From: Eledone cirrhosa
Taxonomy: Eukaryota
NCBI GenBank assembly: GCA_964016885.1
Contig: OZ024754.1
Location: 39,556,001 to 39,620,000 of the forward strand
Direction of reading: 5' to 3'
DNA: 64,000 nt
A model generated the notes under the pieces. That model made no database searches. It was not told the origin of the DNA and worked only from the letters and a program-made list of their open reading frames with translations. The translations under genes were made by a program, and so were the position numbers. Position 1 is the stretch's first letter, and each line of letters starts with the position of its first letter. Positions 14,270 through 27,450 of this stretch are shown one piece after another.

Positions 14270-14410
14270 ATATAATATAATTAAAATAAAATAAGATAAA
14301 ATAAAAATAAAATAAAATAAAATAAAATAAAATAAAAAATAAAATAAAATAAAATAAAATAAAATAAAATAAAATAAAATAAAATAAAATAAAATAAAAA
14401 ATAAAATAAA
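14270..14410. repeat. (TAAAA)n microsatellite
   Basis: Direct reading. Confidence 0.98.
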
Positions 14411-15245
14411 GCACCTTTGCCCTCAATTTTCTGTTAATATTTATACTTCAATTTGGCGGAAACTTATATGAAAATGTGTAAAAAAATAAAGTAAAAAGAA
14501 ACTACCCTGATAATATATCACATTTAAACCTTTTTATACAAAACTGACCTGTTTTTGCCATACTAAACTGTTTGTTTTGAAGTATTTATATTTATCTAAA
14601 ACACCTTCAATCATAATTTTATGTAAAAACCTTTAAGCTATGTTCAAACACCAGCTTTGAGAAAATTAGTTATAATCTAAACACTAGCTTAGTATGAAAC
14701 AGTTAGTTATATTATTAAATCTTTCTAAACTCTTATTTTCAAAATAATTTGAAATCCACAAGCAGTGTTCTTCATTAGAAATATTGAAACACTCCACTCT
14801 ACTGTTTAAATGTATAATAACTATAGCAAGAATTAGAATTGTAACAAAGCTAATTATAAGAATTATTCTTTAGCATTAACAAAATTATAAAAGTCACTTA
14901 ATAGTAAATTAATGAAAAAGAAGAGATTAGCTAGCCAACATTAAATTGAAATAATTGTTACTAAACTAAAATCTATTTAATTTCTGCAATTCAACATTAT
15001 ATTTGACATATATATATTTAGACCTTTTGTTACCATATTCCTAATGAAATAATCAACAATTTGGAGAGATTTAAAATATAACTAACTTTTCCAATATTAA
15101 TCTGGTGTTTAAAGTATAACTTAATAAAGAATCTTACACAAAATTATGATGAAAAGCTTTTCAAAAAATATAAACTTTAAAATAAACAGTTTTGGGTCCT
15201 AGAACCACGTGGTTTGGTATTAGAAAGGTCAATAATACTGCATAA

Positions 15246-15385
15246 ATTTTGATATCTACTATAAGATATCTTCCACTACACAGAATTATCATTTTGATAT
15301 CTACTATAAGATATTTTCCACTAAACAGAATTTTCATTTTGATATCTACTATAAGATATCTTCCACTACACAGAATTATCATTTT
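15246..15385. repeat. 45-bp tandem repeat x3
   Basis: attttgatatctactataagatatcttccactacacagaattatc. Confidence 0.95.
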
Positions 15386-16464
15386 CTATAATTATCGAAA
15401 TATTGGTTCAATAAAATTATAACAATAAATATTTAAAATATTTCCTAAAGCAAGCCTACAACTAAAACCAAGCCAAATAGAAATTATCATTTATCATGTT
15501 TCTTTAATGTTTCCAACGAAAATTGCAGGTAAAGCATAATTGGTTTCAATGGGTGTGCATGCAGGTAGAATCACTAAGAAAGGTTTATAACAGTTGGTGT
15601 TCTCTTGAAGTTAACCCACAGAAAGTTTGGCTGTTCCTATTAAGTTTACCCTATCTTTAGCTGAACGATATAACCTCAAATAATTACAAGGATATAATCT
15701 ATAAGCAAAAACAAACATAGGATATATGTATATACACACACACATACAAAGATAATAGTTATGAACATAAAGTTTTCACATGTAGTTTCGAATGTGTGTA
15801 TGTATTTTCAGTTGTGCGATTGTGTTCATTACTATCCAAAGATTAAAATGTGTGGAAGTAAAATAACCTTTTTAATTAGAAAGCAATGTCTTACAGGCAT
15901 TAAAATAGACGAGTTTTCCCAATCCATATTAAGAGAGATACTATAGAACGAACATTTTACTATGTAAGATTCTGTACTATGAAATATCACCTTACTGGTT
16001 TCCTTTAGTAGATAGACATGTCCAATAATATATACAATACACTACCCTTTATATTGAAAGTATTGGTCAGTTTGAACTAAACACAAACTTTGTAAAGCTA
16101 CAATTAGGAGCCTGGTGGTGTATATCAGTCAATCTTTACAATATGAGTGTTTTAAGATAATTGCTGATATTTCTAAAATCCATTAAACACATGTGAAACT
16201 TTGTCACTATTTTTAAAGATTTATACTGGCTACAAATATAAGTAAATATGAAATAATTTAAGCTTGCTAATAATGTTTCCACATTCAATGAATCAGTGGA
16301 GTTAGATAAAGCATATGAAAACATTTTGTATAAGAGAGAAAAATAAATTAAGGGTATATACTTAATTGGAATGGGCAATAGCTCTAGCAAACACAATTGA
16401 TAGAAGTGAGTCCATGAAAAAGACAATATTCAATTATATACATATACATATATATATATTTATA

Positions 16465-16543
16465 CAGGGTGTCCAAAAAGTCTGTGTACAATTTAAAATA
16501 CTTGTATTATTTTAAATTGCACGCAGACTTTATGGTCATCCTG
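16465..16543. mobile_element. Tiny Tc1/mariner-type MITE
   Basis: TA|CAGGGTGTCCAAAAAGTCTG...CAGACTTTATGGTCATCCTG, almost wholly palindromic. Confidence 0.7.
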
Positions 16544-17045
16544 TGTGCGTGTATATATATAATAAATGATATAATTCTGAGTGGTGACTTTAGGACTGTG
16601 TAAGTGGTGACTAAAATAATGAAAAATATGAACATCAGTAGAAAGAGGTGATAAAGAAATGAGAGACTGTGAAAATAGTGATAACCAGAAAAAAAATTTT
16701 TGATTCAAAATCTTTGATTATTAAAAAAATCTAACTTAATTTTTGTTATTAAATATAATTATCGAAATTTGGTGAATGACATTTTTTTGATAATGGTATA
16801 AAAGAAATTACAATAATTAGAAAATCTGTTCTCCTTCCTACCCCTCTAAAATCTGAAGAGATTAGAAAATTTTTAATAATAAATTGCTTCAGATTAAAAC
16901 CCTCTGGATAGGAATAAAATATCCATGAAACAGCAAAGAAAGGAAATATCAGCATTTATATTCCAATGTAAGACAACAGATAATACGCAAACACTTTGGA
17001 TTTTAACATATCTTTATTAAGTTTTTTTTTTTTGCTTGTGTCCTG

Positions 17046-17189
<144 letters not shown>

Positions 17190-19892
17190 CATTAATCATT
17201 TGAAGATAAATATTTTCCCATTTTACCTAACATTCTCTGAAAGAAAAACAACACATTAATAAATATAAAAATATCTTAAGTATATGTTTGAAATATTTTC
17301 AAATAAAATATAGTTTTCACCATAATTTACTTTTCAATATCAGGTTGTAGTAGGACAACCAACATATCAAATTATTTATATCCATCAATACCTAATTTGA
17401 TAAATTGATATCTAAAAATTATATTTGGTTCAATTTACTCTTTGAGTGGGTTACAAGTCAAGAATTTGGGTTTACTTCACATGATATACTATTCCATAAA
17501 AATATTCAAGGTTTTGAAAATATTTGTGAGGAAGGTTCATTTTTAACATCAAATATCAAATGGTTTCACCCTATTATGTAGAATATGTGACATTATTCTT
17601 GATCAATCAGAAAGCAGCATTTTTTTCGAAGCTGTAATAAATACTGCAGATTTTTTTTTAGTATAAGGATGAGGGGGAGGGAGGGGGTTTATACTTTTCC
17701 CTGCATCACACAGTATTTTCCCACAATGGTGTTCTGACTTGGGAGTGGATTGAGAACATATGCAATCATATACACAGGAATGGCCAGAATATTCAACTTT
17801 CATTTTAAAGAATTTGAGATTGTCATCTTTTTGTTCCTTTATTGCTACTTATTTTATCAATCTTTATTTGTCAAACTGCTAGTTTATGGGCCATTAACAA
17901 ATAACATCGGCACATGCACATGTGTGTATATGTTTATGACAGACTTCTGTAAATTTCCATCTACCAAATTTCACTCACAAAGTATCAGTCAATTCGAGGC
18001 TACAATAGAAGCTACTTGCCCCATATGACATGGAGCAGGATTAAATACCAAACCCACATGGTAACGAGGTGAATTCCTTAACTACATAATTACATATGTA
18101 TGTGTGTACCTGGAATTACTTTGGTCTCATTTGTTTTGTCGTCTTGAACACAGGTTGACTGAATGAGCTTACAATTATCAATATTAGAATGAGTAGTTGG
18201 TGCACAAGTCCTCCTACAACAGGATTTACCTTTGTGCAAGACAGATCTCTGCAGATGAGCTAGGATGTATCTTCATGATACAACCTAGGGTCATTGGGTG
18301 TTTAAGGTCTTTCAACATCATACAACCTTGCCCAAGCAACCCAGCCAGGGTTGATCAGGCCCTAATTTGTGTTCTAGCAGCAGCAGCAACCCTCTGAAGC
18401 CACCTGGTGATATTCTCTCAAGCTTCACTTGAATGATATGTAAAGTAGCAACCTAACTTATAGCTAAAGTCATTTCAGATTATCCAGATTAAGGTTCTTT
18501 AAAGTTTTATGTTTATTTTTCTATATCACTGATTGGAAGTTGTTAGAATGTTGGACTGAGTGTTTTGTGATATTTCTTTCAGCTCTCTAGCACTCCGACT
18601 TCAAATCCAGCCAAAAGGGCAACTATGCTTTCATCCTTTCAAAGTTGATAAATACAATACCAGTATAGTACTGGGGTCAAGCCTTCCTCTATCTCATTTT
18701 TTTCTTTCTCTCTCTTTTTCTCTGAAAGAAATCAGCTGTTCTGATCTGGAGGGTCAACCAGTTTTCAGTGCTCAAGACATGTGGTATGATATGACAACAC
18801 CCATACGACTGAGGAATTCAAGCTCCAATCCACCACTAATTGTTTCTACTTTTGGCACAAGACCAACAATTTGAAGAGGATGGGGAATGTCAACTAGATC
18901 GACCCCAGTGCTTTATTTCATTGACCCCTAATGATTTCTAATTTAGGCACAAGGCTAGCAATTTGCGAGGAGTGGAAAGTCAATTATACTTCCCCAGTAC
19001 TTTACAGGTATTTTATTTTATTGACCCTGTAATAATAATAATGATGATTTTTACTATTGGCACAAGGCCAGCAATTTTGAGGGAGGGAAAAGTTGGTTAT
19101 ATCGACTCTAGTGCATTACTGGTACTTTATTTTATCGACCCTGTAAGAATGAAAGGTAAAGCTAACTTTTGTGAGATTTGAACTCATAATATAAAGGGCT
19201 GTAACTCAATGCTATATAGCATTTTGACCAACGCTCTATCAATACTGCCAAATAATGATGAATCTTTCATGAAAATGACAAATATTTATCTCCTTTGTTG
19301 GCAGACCCAGATTACTAAACAGTTAGATACAAACATTCATGCCTCACAAAAGAGAAAAGAATTAATTTATTGAACCCCTTCATATATATAACCGCCAAAC
19401 AAACGATTAAAACACTGCAATCTACTGCTTGTTAATAGGCTGAAATAACTAAACCCATGCTAGTGTGGAAGATAGACGTTAAATGAAGAGAGAGAAAGAA
19501 AGAAGGTGGAAAAAAGAACCCTTAAAATTATCATCTAGCTACAAAGTGTATAAGACACTTTCCCCTCTATTTCCACTTGAATTAATTTCCAAAACATGAA
19601 CCACTTTTTAAATAATTAATATGTTGATGGATAAAAAAATCCTTCTGTCCTGTTATAATAAAATGAATTTTGAGTTTGTGAATATTTTATATGCAGATGT
19701 AGAACTGATGATACAATGATAATTTCACACAGGTATACACATATTCTGTCTTGTGTCTTTTACTGACCTACAGGTATCCTCTGAACTTTCAATAGAGTTA
19801 ACACACATTCTAAAAGTTGGTTTCTAATCTAAATATTCAGTATTAGATTATTTAGTGGAGAAAGTAGTTAACTCAACATGGTTTTGTACTCT

Positions 19893-20130
19893 TTCTTCCT
19901 CTCATTTGCCCACTTATTCCTGAGAGGGTTGTGAGATCAGTGTCCTCAGATATGCCTTCCAGAAGGTTCTATCAGAAGCAACCGTTTCCAAATAATCCAA
20001 CTAGATCCCCAAGAAAGACCAACCAAGTTTATGGATATTATCTAACCATCTTGCTTGTGATCTACTTGTGCAATCTCCTGCCGGTTGGCTTTGCCTGTAA
20101 AATTTGCCCAGCATTTCTTTTCTTAGACGT
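19893..20130 (-). mobile_element. Same RTE family, 3' fragment
   Basis: QARWLDNIHKLG and shared 3' end. Confidence 0.8.
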
Positions 20131-20764
20131 TCCATATTACTATTATACCAAGTCACCCAATTCTTTATCACACAAACCAGTAAATAGTAGGAAATATACA
20201 ATAACAAAAACACACACAAAATATCACCTGAGGTGAATACCCTTGATTTGACAGTGGCAAAATAAATTTAAAATTTGATGATGGGTGTGCACCTAGGAAG
20301 TTCCTCTCCAAGGTGTAAGACTAGACAAGGTGGTTTGTGGAAGACCAGCAGTCACCCATGCATACAAGTCTCCATGCCATTGACGTCGTCCAAAGGAAAC
20401 ACAAAGACTGATACAGCTTGGCATCAGTTTTGTTGCAGCTCATATTTCCAGTTGAGTGGACAAGAACAACATGAAATAAAGTGTCTTGCTCAAGGACATA
20501 ACACATTGCCCAGTTCAGAAATCAAACTCATGACCTTATCATTATGAGCCCAACACCCTAACCACAAAGTCAAAATTGAACCAGCAAAATAAACACATAC
20601 ACACAGAGAAAGAAATGCTAACATAAAAATATTGAGTATAAATTCATAAAAGTATGAAGTAACAGTTTCTTCCTGAAGCTAAAAATCTGGAAAGTTCTTA
20701 AATGACATTATTATAACATCAACCAATATTCATGCATAATATTAGAAATATTCTCGGAACCTAC

Positions 20765-20867
20765 CAGTTGATCCACATTCAGAACAGCTGACAAGCTCAT
20801 CCTTTCTATTGCGCCCTTTCATGGGTCCCTTATGGCAAAAACGGCAATCTTTCTTTTGGTTTGGGTG
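20765..20867 (-). CDS. PHF10: PHF10 exon 11, PHD1 N-half (HPNQKKDCRFCHKG...ELVSCSECGSTG)
   Basis: CxxC...CxxC pattern; phase 0 to 1 joins GHPACL of the next exon. Confidence 0.93.
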
Positions 20868-21845
20868 CTTTTGGGGGAGAAAAAGAGAAAGTTTTATAGG
20901 AGACACTTTACTAAGTAAGCATTTTTTTCTTTAATGAGCTACATTAAACCTAAGGAATACATGTGAACATGTTAACATTTTCATTACAATATTTCTGATA
21001 ACAGACACTATGGTTTTCAAATAATTTTGAAAGCAATCAAGAATTTAGAAGTATTTAGTAATGTAATTAATTTTAGCTCATGTTTGGAACATAACTTAAC
21101 AAAGGCTTTAAACACTTTAAAAAAATGGTTTTGCATCATAGAATAAAGGACAGCTTCAGGAAATGTTAATCAACAAAATATAAAATTATAAAATAATTAC
21201 AAATTTAAGATAGATGTTGAATTCTGTAATAATTAAAGCTTTACTTTCATAAACCATTTCATGTTTTCACCAGCTATACAGGAGATACACATAGCCTTAG
21301 TCAGCATTGTCAATATGTAATCAGCCTTTATTGGTGATGGAACATGGAACAAGGTTTCCAAAAATTATGAGAATAGTTTACTGAATAACTAATGGGTACT
21401 TTTATTTTTCTACCCAAAAACTTTTATTTTTTGGTAATGAAAAAAGAAAGGAAAGCAGCTGATCCTCAAATCGAACCAAAGAAACTAAGTTTCCACTGGT
21501 CTTTCCATTATTATTACTATCTGCTGGTCAGAACTGGCAGAAGGAGGCAGGATTTGAACTCAGAATACACAGAGCTGAATCAGATATTGCAAAACATCCT
21601 GTCTGACCTTTATAACAATTTTGCCAATCCATTGTCCCCAGACTGGTACTTTATCGACTCTAAAGAATGAAAGGCAAAGTTGACTTTGGTGGGATTTGAA
21701 CTCAGAATGCAGGGAACCGAAACAAACACCAATTCATAATATTAAAATGCCTTAACAAGCTGAGTTTAAAAATTACACGAGATATTTTAAGTTGACATAT
21801 TACAGGTTTAATGACATGCTGAAAACTGTAACTCCATACTAATAC

Positions 21846-21995
21846 CTCTTTGTGGTCCTTATGGTCTACAGCCATTTTCCGGCCTCTCCGTGGAGAAGGA
21901 GTAGGTGTTGGTTGAGGAACAACAGGCTGGCTAACTTCAGAATCACTCGAATCATTGTCATTACTATCACCATCCGAACCAGAATCCGCTTGATC
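21846..21995 (-). CDS. PHF10: PHF10 exon 10, acidic/Ser linker with basic patch (DQADSGSDGDSNDNDSSDSE...SPRRGRK...)
   Basis: 150 nt open, phase 0 to 0, AAG acceptor and GTATTA donor; acidic linker expected between SAY and PHD regions. Confidence 0.85.
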
Positions 21996-22939
21996 CTTTA
22001 GTAAATGAAATATTATTATTAGACATTTGAAAACAGTTTTATAATAAATGCAAATTTATCAAATGAAATAAATACATTTAACATTTTTCATGGCCAAATT
22101 GCAAAAAGCAAATGTTAACAGTAACAGGAATAGACTTCCATTTTTTTCAACAATGAGTGCCCCAGTTGTTCTAACAACTTAGTATTTTTCCTGGCTCTGT
22201 GTGGTCTGATTTCAAATGCATCTCTTGTCAGTAGAAAAGCAGCTAGGAGTTGTGACCAGCAAGTAGTATCAGCATTAGAAAGACTAATAGAAACATAGTT
22301 CCCTTGGTCAATCTGGTAGCCAGAAGTTGTGACATAGTTAGAAAGACCAATGGAAACACTTTCCTTGGTCAATCTGACAGCCAAGAGTTGTGACCGATAG
22401 ATAGCATCAGCATCAGAAAGACCAATGGAAACACAGTTTCCTCAGTTCAGTCTCATGATTTTGATAATGTGTTCAATTATTCTCTAGATATGCCTTTGAT
22501 CTGCATAATACATATTAAGTGTAGTTTATAACTACCTACCTTAGACAGATATTTTTTTATCAAGCCAGAAAGGATGAAATGTAAAGTAGGCCTAGTTGAA
22601 CTCAGAGAGCCAGGACAATTGTTTAAACATATATTTCGACAATCTCATGACAGTGCCAATTTCCTTGTTATAAAATATAACAATATTATTATTTATTGTC
22701 TTCCTGTATTCAATAACTACATCATTTACGATTAAATATTATTATTCTACTAGGGCAGTAGATTAGCAATATCAGTAGAGCATCAGGAAACATGCTTCGT
22801 GGCACAGAGTTACGTCCCTGAATCCAAATCTCGCCAAGGTTAGCTTTGCCTTTCATCCTTACAGGGTTGATAAAATAAAGCACCAGTAATGCACTGGGGT
22901 CGCTATTGTGTCTAAATCAGAAATTATTATTCTACTCAC

Positions 22940-23069
22940 ATCTTGATTATCATCCATTTCTTCAGATGAATCTACATTTGAAGGTTTCACTAATGGGTTG
23001 AGTATCCTTTTGGGAGGACCATAAATACAGGTATTCAGAGGAAAGTATTTCAGTTCCTTTGGTTCATAT
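22940..23069 (-). CDS. PHF10: PHF10 exon 9 (YEPKELKYFPLNTCIYGPPKR...DDNQD)
   Basis: ELxYxPLNT motif ending the SAY region; polypyrimidine-CAG acceptor, GTGAGT donor; phase 2 to 0. Confidence 0.94.
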
Positions 23070-24026
23070 CTGACAAAAGAAAAAAAGAGAAGAAAAAAAA
23101 CAATTAAACCTGTTGACTGCCATGTATATTTTACACAGCTACAGTTGCTGTGCCTGTTTTCTTTTCACTAAAATTGCTATTTTTTTTAAAGAAACATTCA
23201 TTAACAACACATATCCGAATGATTGACAAACGTCACATATAATAAACTAGTAACTCCATCTAGCTTTAAAGTTATGAACTGTTGGAAAAGAGTTCAAGCA
23301 TGTTAGGATGAGTTAACTCGTCCGTGGCTCTGGAATGCATACATGTACCCAGTACAAGCTGTAAGGTGGTTGGCATAAGGAAGGTTATCATTTGTACATT
23401 ATTTCACATACTATACATGCACCTTTGATGAGTTGTAGTGCACCTGAGCACTGTACACAATAATTTTCATTATTATTATTTATTTCTGAATACATGTACA
23501 TAGCTATATAGGTATACCTTGAGATGTAACCTACATGAATTATAAAACCACATGTAGTTACAACTATTTCTGAACACAGGTACACCTCGAGATATAACCT
23601 ACAAAACCACATGTGGTTACAACTATTTCTGAACATGTGAATTTTCTCTTGGCATCCATTAAGCTTCAGCAGTTAAATTTAAATATTCCTACATCCTAAC
23701 ATAAATACACACAGACAAAAACCATGTTTGGGTACATATGTATTAGTAAATATGTAGAATATTGTATAAAATAACCCCAAGCATACATATTGGTTTTAAA
23801 GTTATGTCCCTCTCGATTTACAACCGATTGGTATTTTAAATTAGGATAGCAATTTGTTGCTATCCTAATTTAGTAATTAGCATTTTAAAGGTAATCTTTT
23901 ACAGATTACCAGTCCATTAGCTACCAATATAAAGAATTTTAATGTTTAAGAAAAGCAAATTATTTTTCATATAATAAACTGAAATGAAAAAAAACAATAA
24001 TAATAATAATATAAGAAAATACAAAC

Positions 24027-24136
24027 TTTTTGTAGAATTCTTGGTATTGCCCTGGGATCAAGCTAACCGGATAAGCAGATGCTTTTTTGCAGGGGGATTC
24101 CAGTTTTGGATATTTGTGAGCAGGGTAGTGGATAAC
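24027..24136 (-). CDS. PHF10: PHF10 exon 8 (VIHYPAHKY...YPVSLIPGQYQEFYK)
   Basis: YPVxLIPGQxQExYK motif; phase 0 to 2. Confidence 0.95.
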
Positions 24137-25075
24137 CTTATTTAAAATAAAAAAAGGTTTCAACTATATATGTATTGTCAAAATATATAATGAAACAAAA
24201 ATTGAAAAAAAATTGAAAAACCAAAATGAAGAATCAAACCATTACTAAAGTCCTGAATTTACTGATTTGTAAATTAAATTATTTTGACTATACCAAACAT
24301 TTTTATTAATTCTAGCAAAATATTTTAACTAAGCATATACAAAATTACTACAATAAGTCTTTTAACCATTTAGCATTCACATTACTCTATATTTACAGTA
24401 AAGTCTTTACCTCACATAATATTGAATCTATGAGATTTTGATGTTATTTATTTTCAGAATAATACCATAACATCAGTATGAGTGGCCAGTTAGAGCCAGT
24501 TTGAGCAGAAAAAGGTGAGAGAATTCTGGCCAGACACGGATGGTTTAAATGCTAAAGGGTTAAGACCATTTTTCCTCCTACAGCACAGGTTCAACTTGGT
24601 CTTTATCATAGGCTTCTCCATTTTGCCCTATTCTCTGCACCCCCACGTCACTAACATCATGGCTTTCTACAGTCTCCATCAGCCACTGGTGGCACTGACT
24701 TTTACAATTCTAAGTAGCATGTCTCTGTCTTCTATAAAATTAGTGACACATCTGTTCCAAGATCCAGCAGCTAGATGGTGGCACTGACTTCTACATCTGT
24801 AAATAACTCACAGCAAGTCTCCATTTTCTATGAAAGCAGAGATCCATCTTCTGTCATGATATTCAGTGGCTTCCTTGGTTACCACTGCAACTCTCAACAT
24901 CCAACAACAAAAAGTGTAGCTATAGATCACACAATCCCAAAATGAGTAGGTTTGTGACTGGAGAGTGCCTGTAAAAACCCTATTTCCAATACCCCCACCC
25001 CTGTCACACACACACACAAAATCAGAAGTAATAAAGTTAAAGTTAATGGAGGCAATTTAAGAACCAAAGACTTAC

Positions 25076-25207
25076 CATAGTTTGCAAGTCAAAATAAGCT
25101 CGTCTCTCTTCTCTTCTTTCACGTTGAAACTGGCTATTAAATTCTGAAGCTGATCTCATAGCTTTTCTTACGTAATCAGCCATCTTGCTTTTTTCAAGCT
25201 TAGGAGG
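25076..25207 (-). CDS. PHF10: PHF10 exon 7 (PPKLEK...[23 protein letters not shown])
   Basis: [22 protein letters not shown] motif of PHF10; 132 nt, GTAAGT donor. Confidence 0.96.
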
Positions 25208-25625
25208 CTGAAATATGAGAGGCAAGTGTAAATGAACTGTTCAAAAATAAAAAGAACATAGATATATATACATATATAATGGCTGTAGACTGGTGACCAA
25301 GTATCACTACTATAACATGTAGATCATGAAAGGTAAACTTTCCCAATGTAATGTCAGACTAATGAATGACAAGTGTTACAATAAGATTAATCTTTTTGAT
25401 ACCAAACCACTTTAAACCATTCCTGATTCTAAGTTTTTTTTTTGAAGTGTTTATATTTATCTAAAAACCTTCCATCATAATTTTATCTAAGAACTTTTGT
25501 TAAGTAATATTCTAAGACCAGATTAATAATGAAGAAGTTATATTACTAAATCTTTCCAAATTTTTTATTGTTTTCAAAATTACTTAAAAATCATAAAGTG
25601 TCTTTCATTAGAAATATGATGATGA

Positions 25626-26240
25626 AAGTTCAAGTATCTCGGGGCTGTGTTCACAAGTGATGGAAGGCAGGGGGCTGAATTAAATGCAAGGATTGGAGGA
25701 GCTGGTATAGTAATGTGTCAGTTTCAGGATTCAGTAATCAGAAGAAGGGAGGTAGGCGTAAAAGCCAAACTCGTTACCTTTAATTCAGTATTCGTGCCAA
25801 CCCTTACTTATGGTCACGAACCTTGGGTAATGACCGGAAGAATACGATCGCAAATACAAGTGGCCAAAATGTGGTTCCTCCAAAGGGTCCCTGGATTAAT
25901 GTTACTCGATAGAGTGCGTAGCTTGGAGATCAGAGAGTCACTTCAGGTAGAGCCCCTACCTCTTCAAATTGAGAGATCACAGCTCCGATACTATGGGCAT
26001 GTGGTTAGAATGTTTCAGGAAGGAATCGCTGGACAGATTTTACGGGCAAAACCAACCGGCAGGAGTCTCAGGGGTAGACACCAAGCAAGATGGTTGCATA
26101 ACATCCACAAGCTTGGTTGACCTCACTTCGGGATCAAAGTGGATCAGTTGGAGGAATGTTTGAGGACAGGACCCGCTGGAAGGAATGTTTGAGGACTCAG
26201 CTCCCATGACCCACTCAGGAATAAATGGGTGAAGAAAAAA
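25626..26240 (+). mobile_element. 5'-truncated RTE-clade LINE (Rex3/Expander-like), RT C-terminus and 3' end
   Basis: FKYLGAVFTSDG...FVPTLTYGHEPWVMT...IERSQLRYYGHVVRM; GAA/A tail. Confidence 0.9.
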
Positions 26241-26699
26241 AATTATCCACACACACACATGTAGTTTAGCATAACTGATTAGGGACAAAATTACCTCAAT
26301 GAAATGCAGGAAGAATAACTTTAAGAGTAATTCTCTGCATCTAAAATTATATGACCTGGAGAAGGCCTTAGGCAGGATCCCTTGCACTGTAAACTGGGGG
26401 TCGCTGGGGCAGTTAGGTGGAAATGAATGATATGTGAGAGTCGTACAAGCTATATACAAAGGTGCAGTTAGCAAGAGTATAGTGATGAATTTAGCAGGCA
26501 GGTAAGAGTCCACCAAGACTCAGTCCTCATATTAATTGTTGTCATCCAGACCAATTACAGAGGAGTTTAAGACTGGCTTTCTATGGCAACTCTTATATAC
26601 ATAATAACCTAGTTATTATAGCTGAATCCATAAAAGAGTTAGTGGCAAAATTTCAGACATGGAAACAAAACCTAGGCTTGAAAGTAAACTTAACAAAGA

Positions 26700-27450
26700 C
26701 TAACATTTTAGTAAATAGGACAGAACACAGACCCTGACACCGTCGGGCAATTGGCCTTGCTTGATATGCAAAAAAGGAATAGGAAGGAATTTCCTATAAT
26801 GTCTCAAGTGTAAATTATGAATATACAACAGATGTAGTGGAATTACAGGCAGACTAACGGAGAAGGTATGCTTTATCTTATGTGACAGATGCACAAGAGT
26901 AGTAAGCACTAAGAGTACATGAGAAATATATTCTGTCAAGTGCTCAGACAGCTCCTTAGCAGTAGGTAACAGCTTCCATTTCTTAGGTAACCCAATTAGC
27001 AGTGGAGGAAGGTGTCCTGAAAGCCTACTAACTACAGTAAAGACAAGACTGGAAAAAGTTCAGGGAGTATATTTTTGTTACCACTGCGAATAACAAGTAT
27101 TTTTCTTTTAGTGGGAAGAGCAGATTGTATAGTACTTGTATCTGAATTGTGATGCTGCATGGTAGCAAGAGTTGGGGCTTGAATGTAGAGTATTGAAACA
27201 ATAAAACTCTGCTGGAAGCATATATGAGCTGATAGAAATAGTGGTTATAAGGGGAATCAGATGTAATGTGCAAGAGAGAAGACTGCACTGGTGTGAACAT
27301 GTGAAGCACATGGAAGTTGATAGCTCTATAAAGAAGTGCAGGACACTCGGAGTGAATGGACCATGTGGAAGTGGAAGATCTTGGGACACTGATCCTAGAA
27401 TGCTGAACCTCACTAAGAAGATGACAAAAATATTATGGTGTGTATAACAC
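26700..27450 (+). mobile_element. Decayed RTE-type LINE, second family; related pieces at ~43240-43640(-), 46490-46720(+), 50215-50680(-), 51330-51620(-)
   Basis: MLHGSKSW, QERRLHWCEHVKHM..D..IKKC motifs with many stops. Confidence 0.7.
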
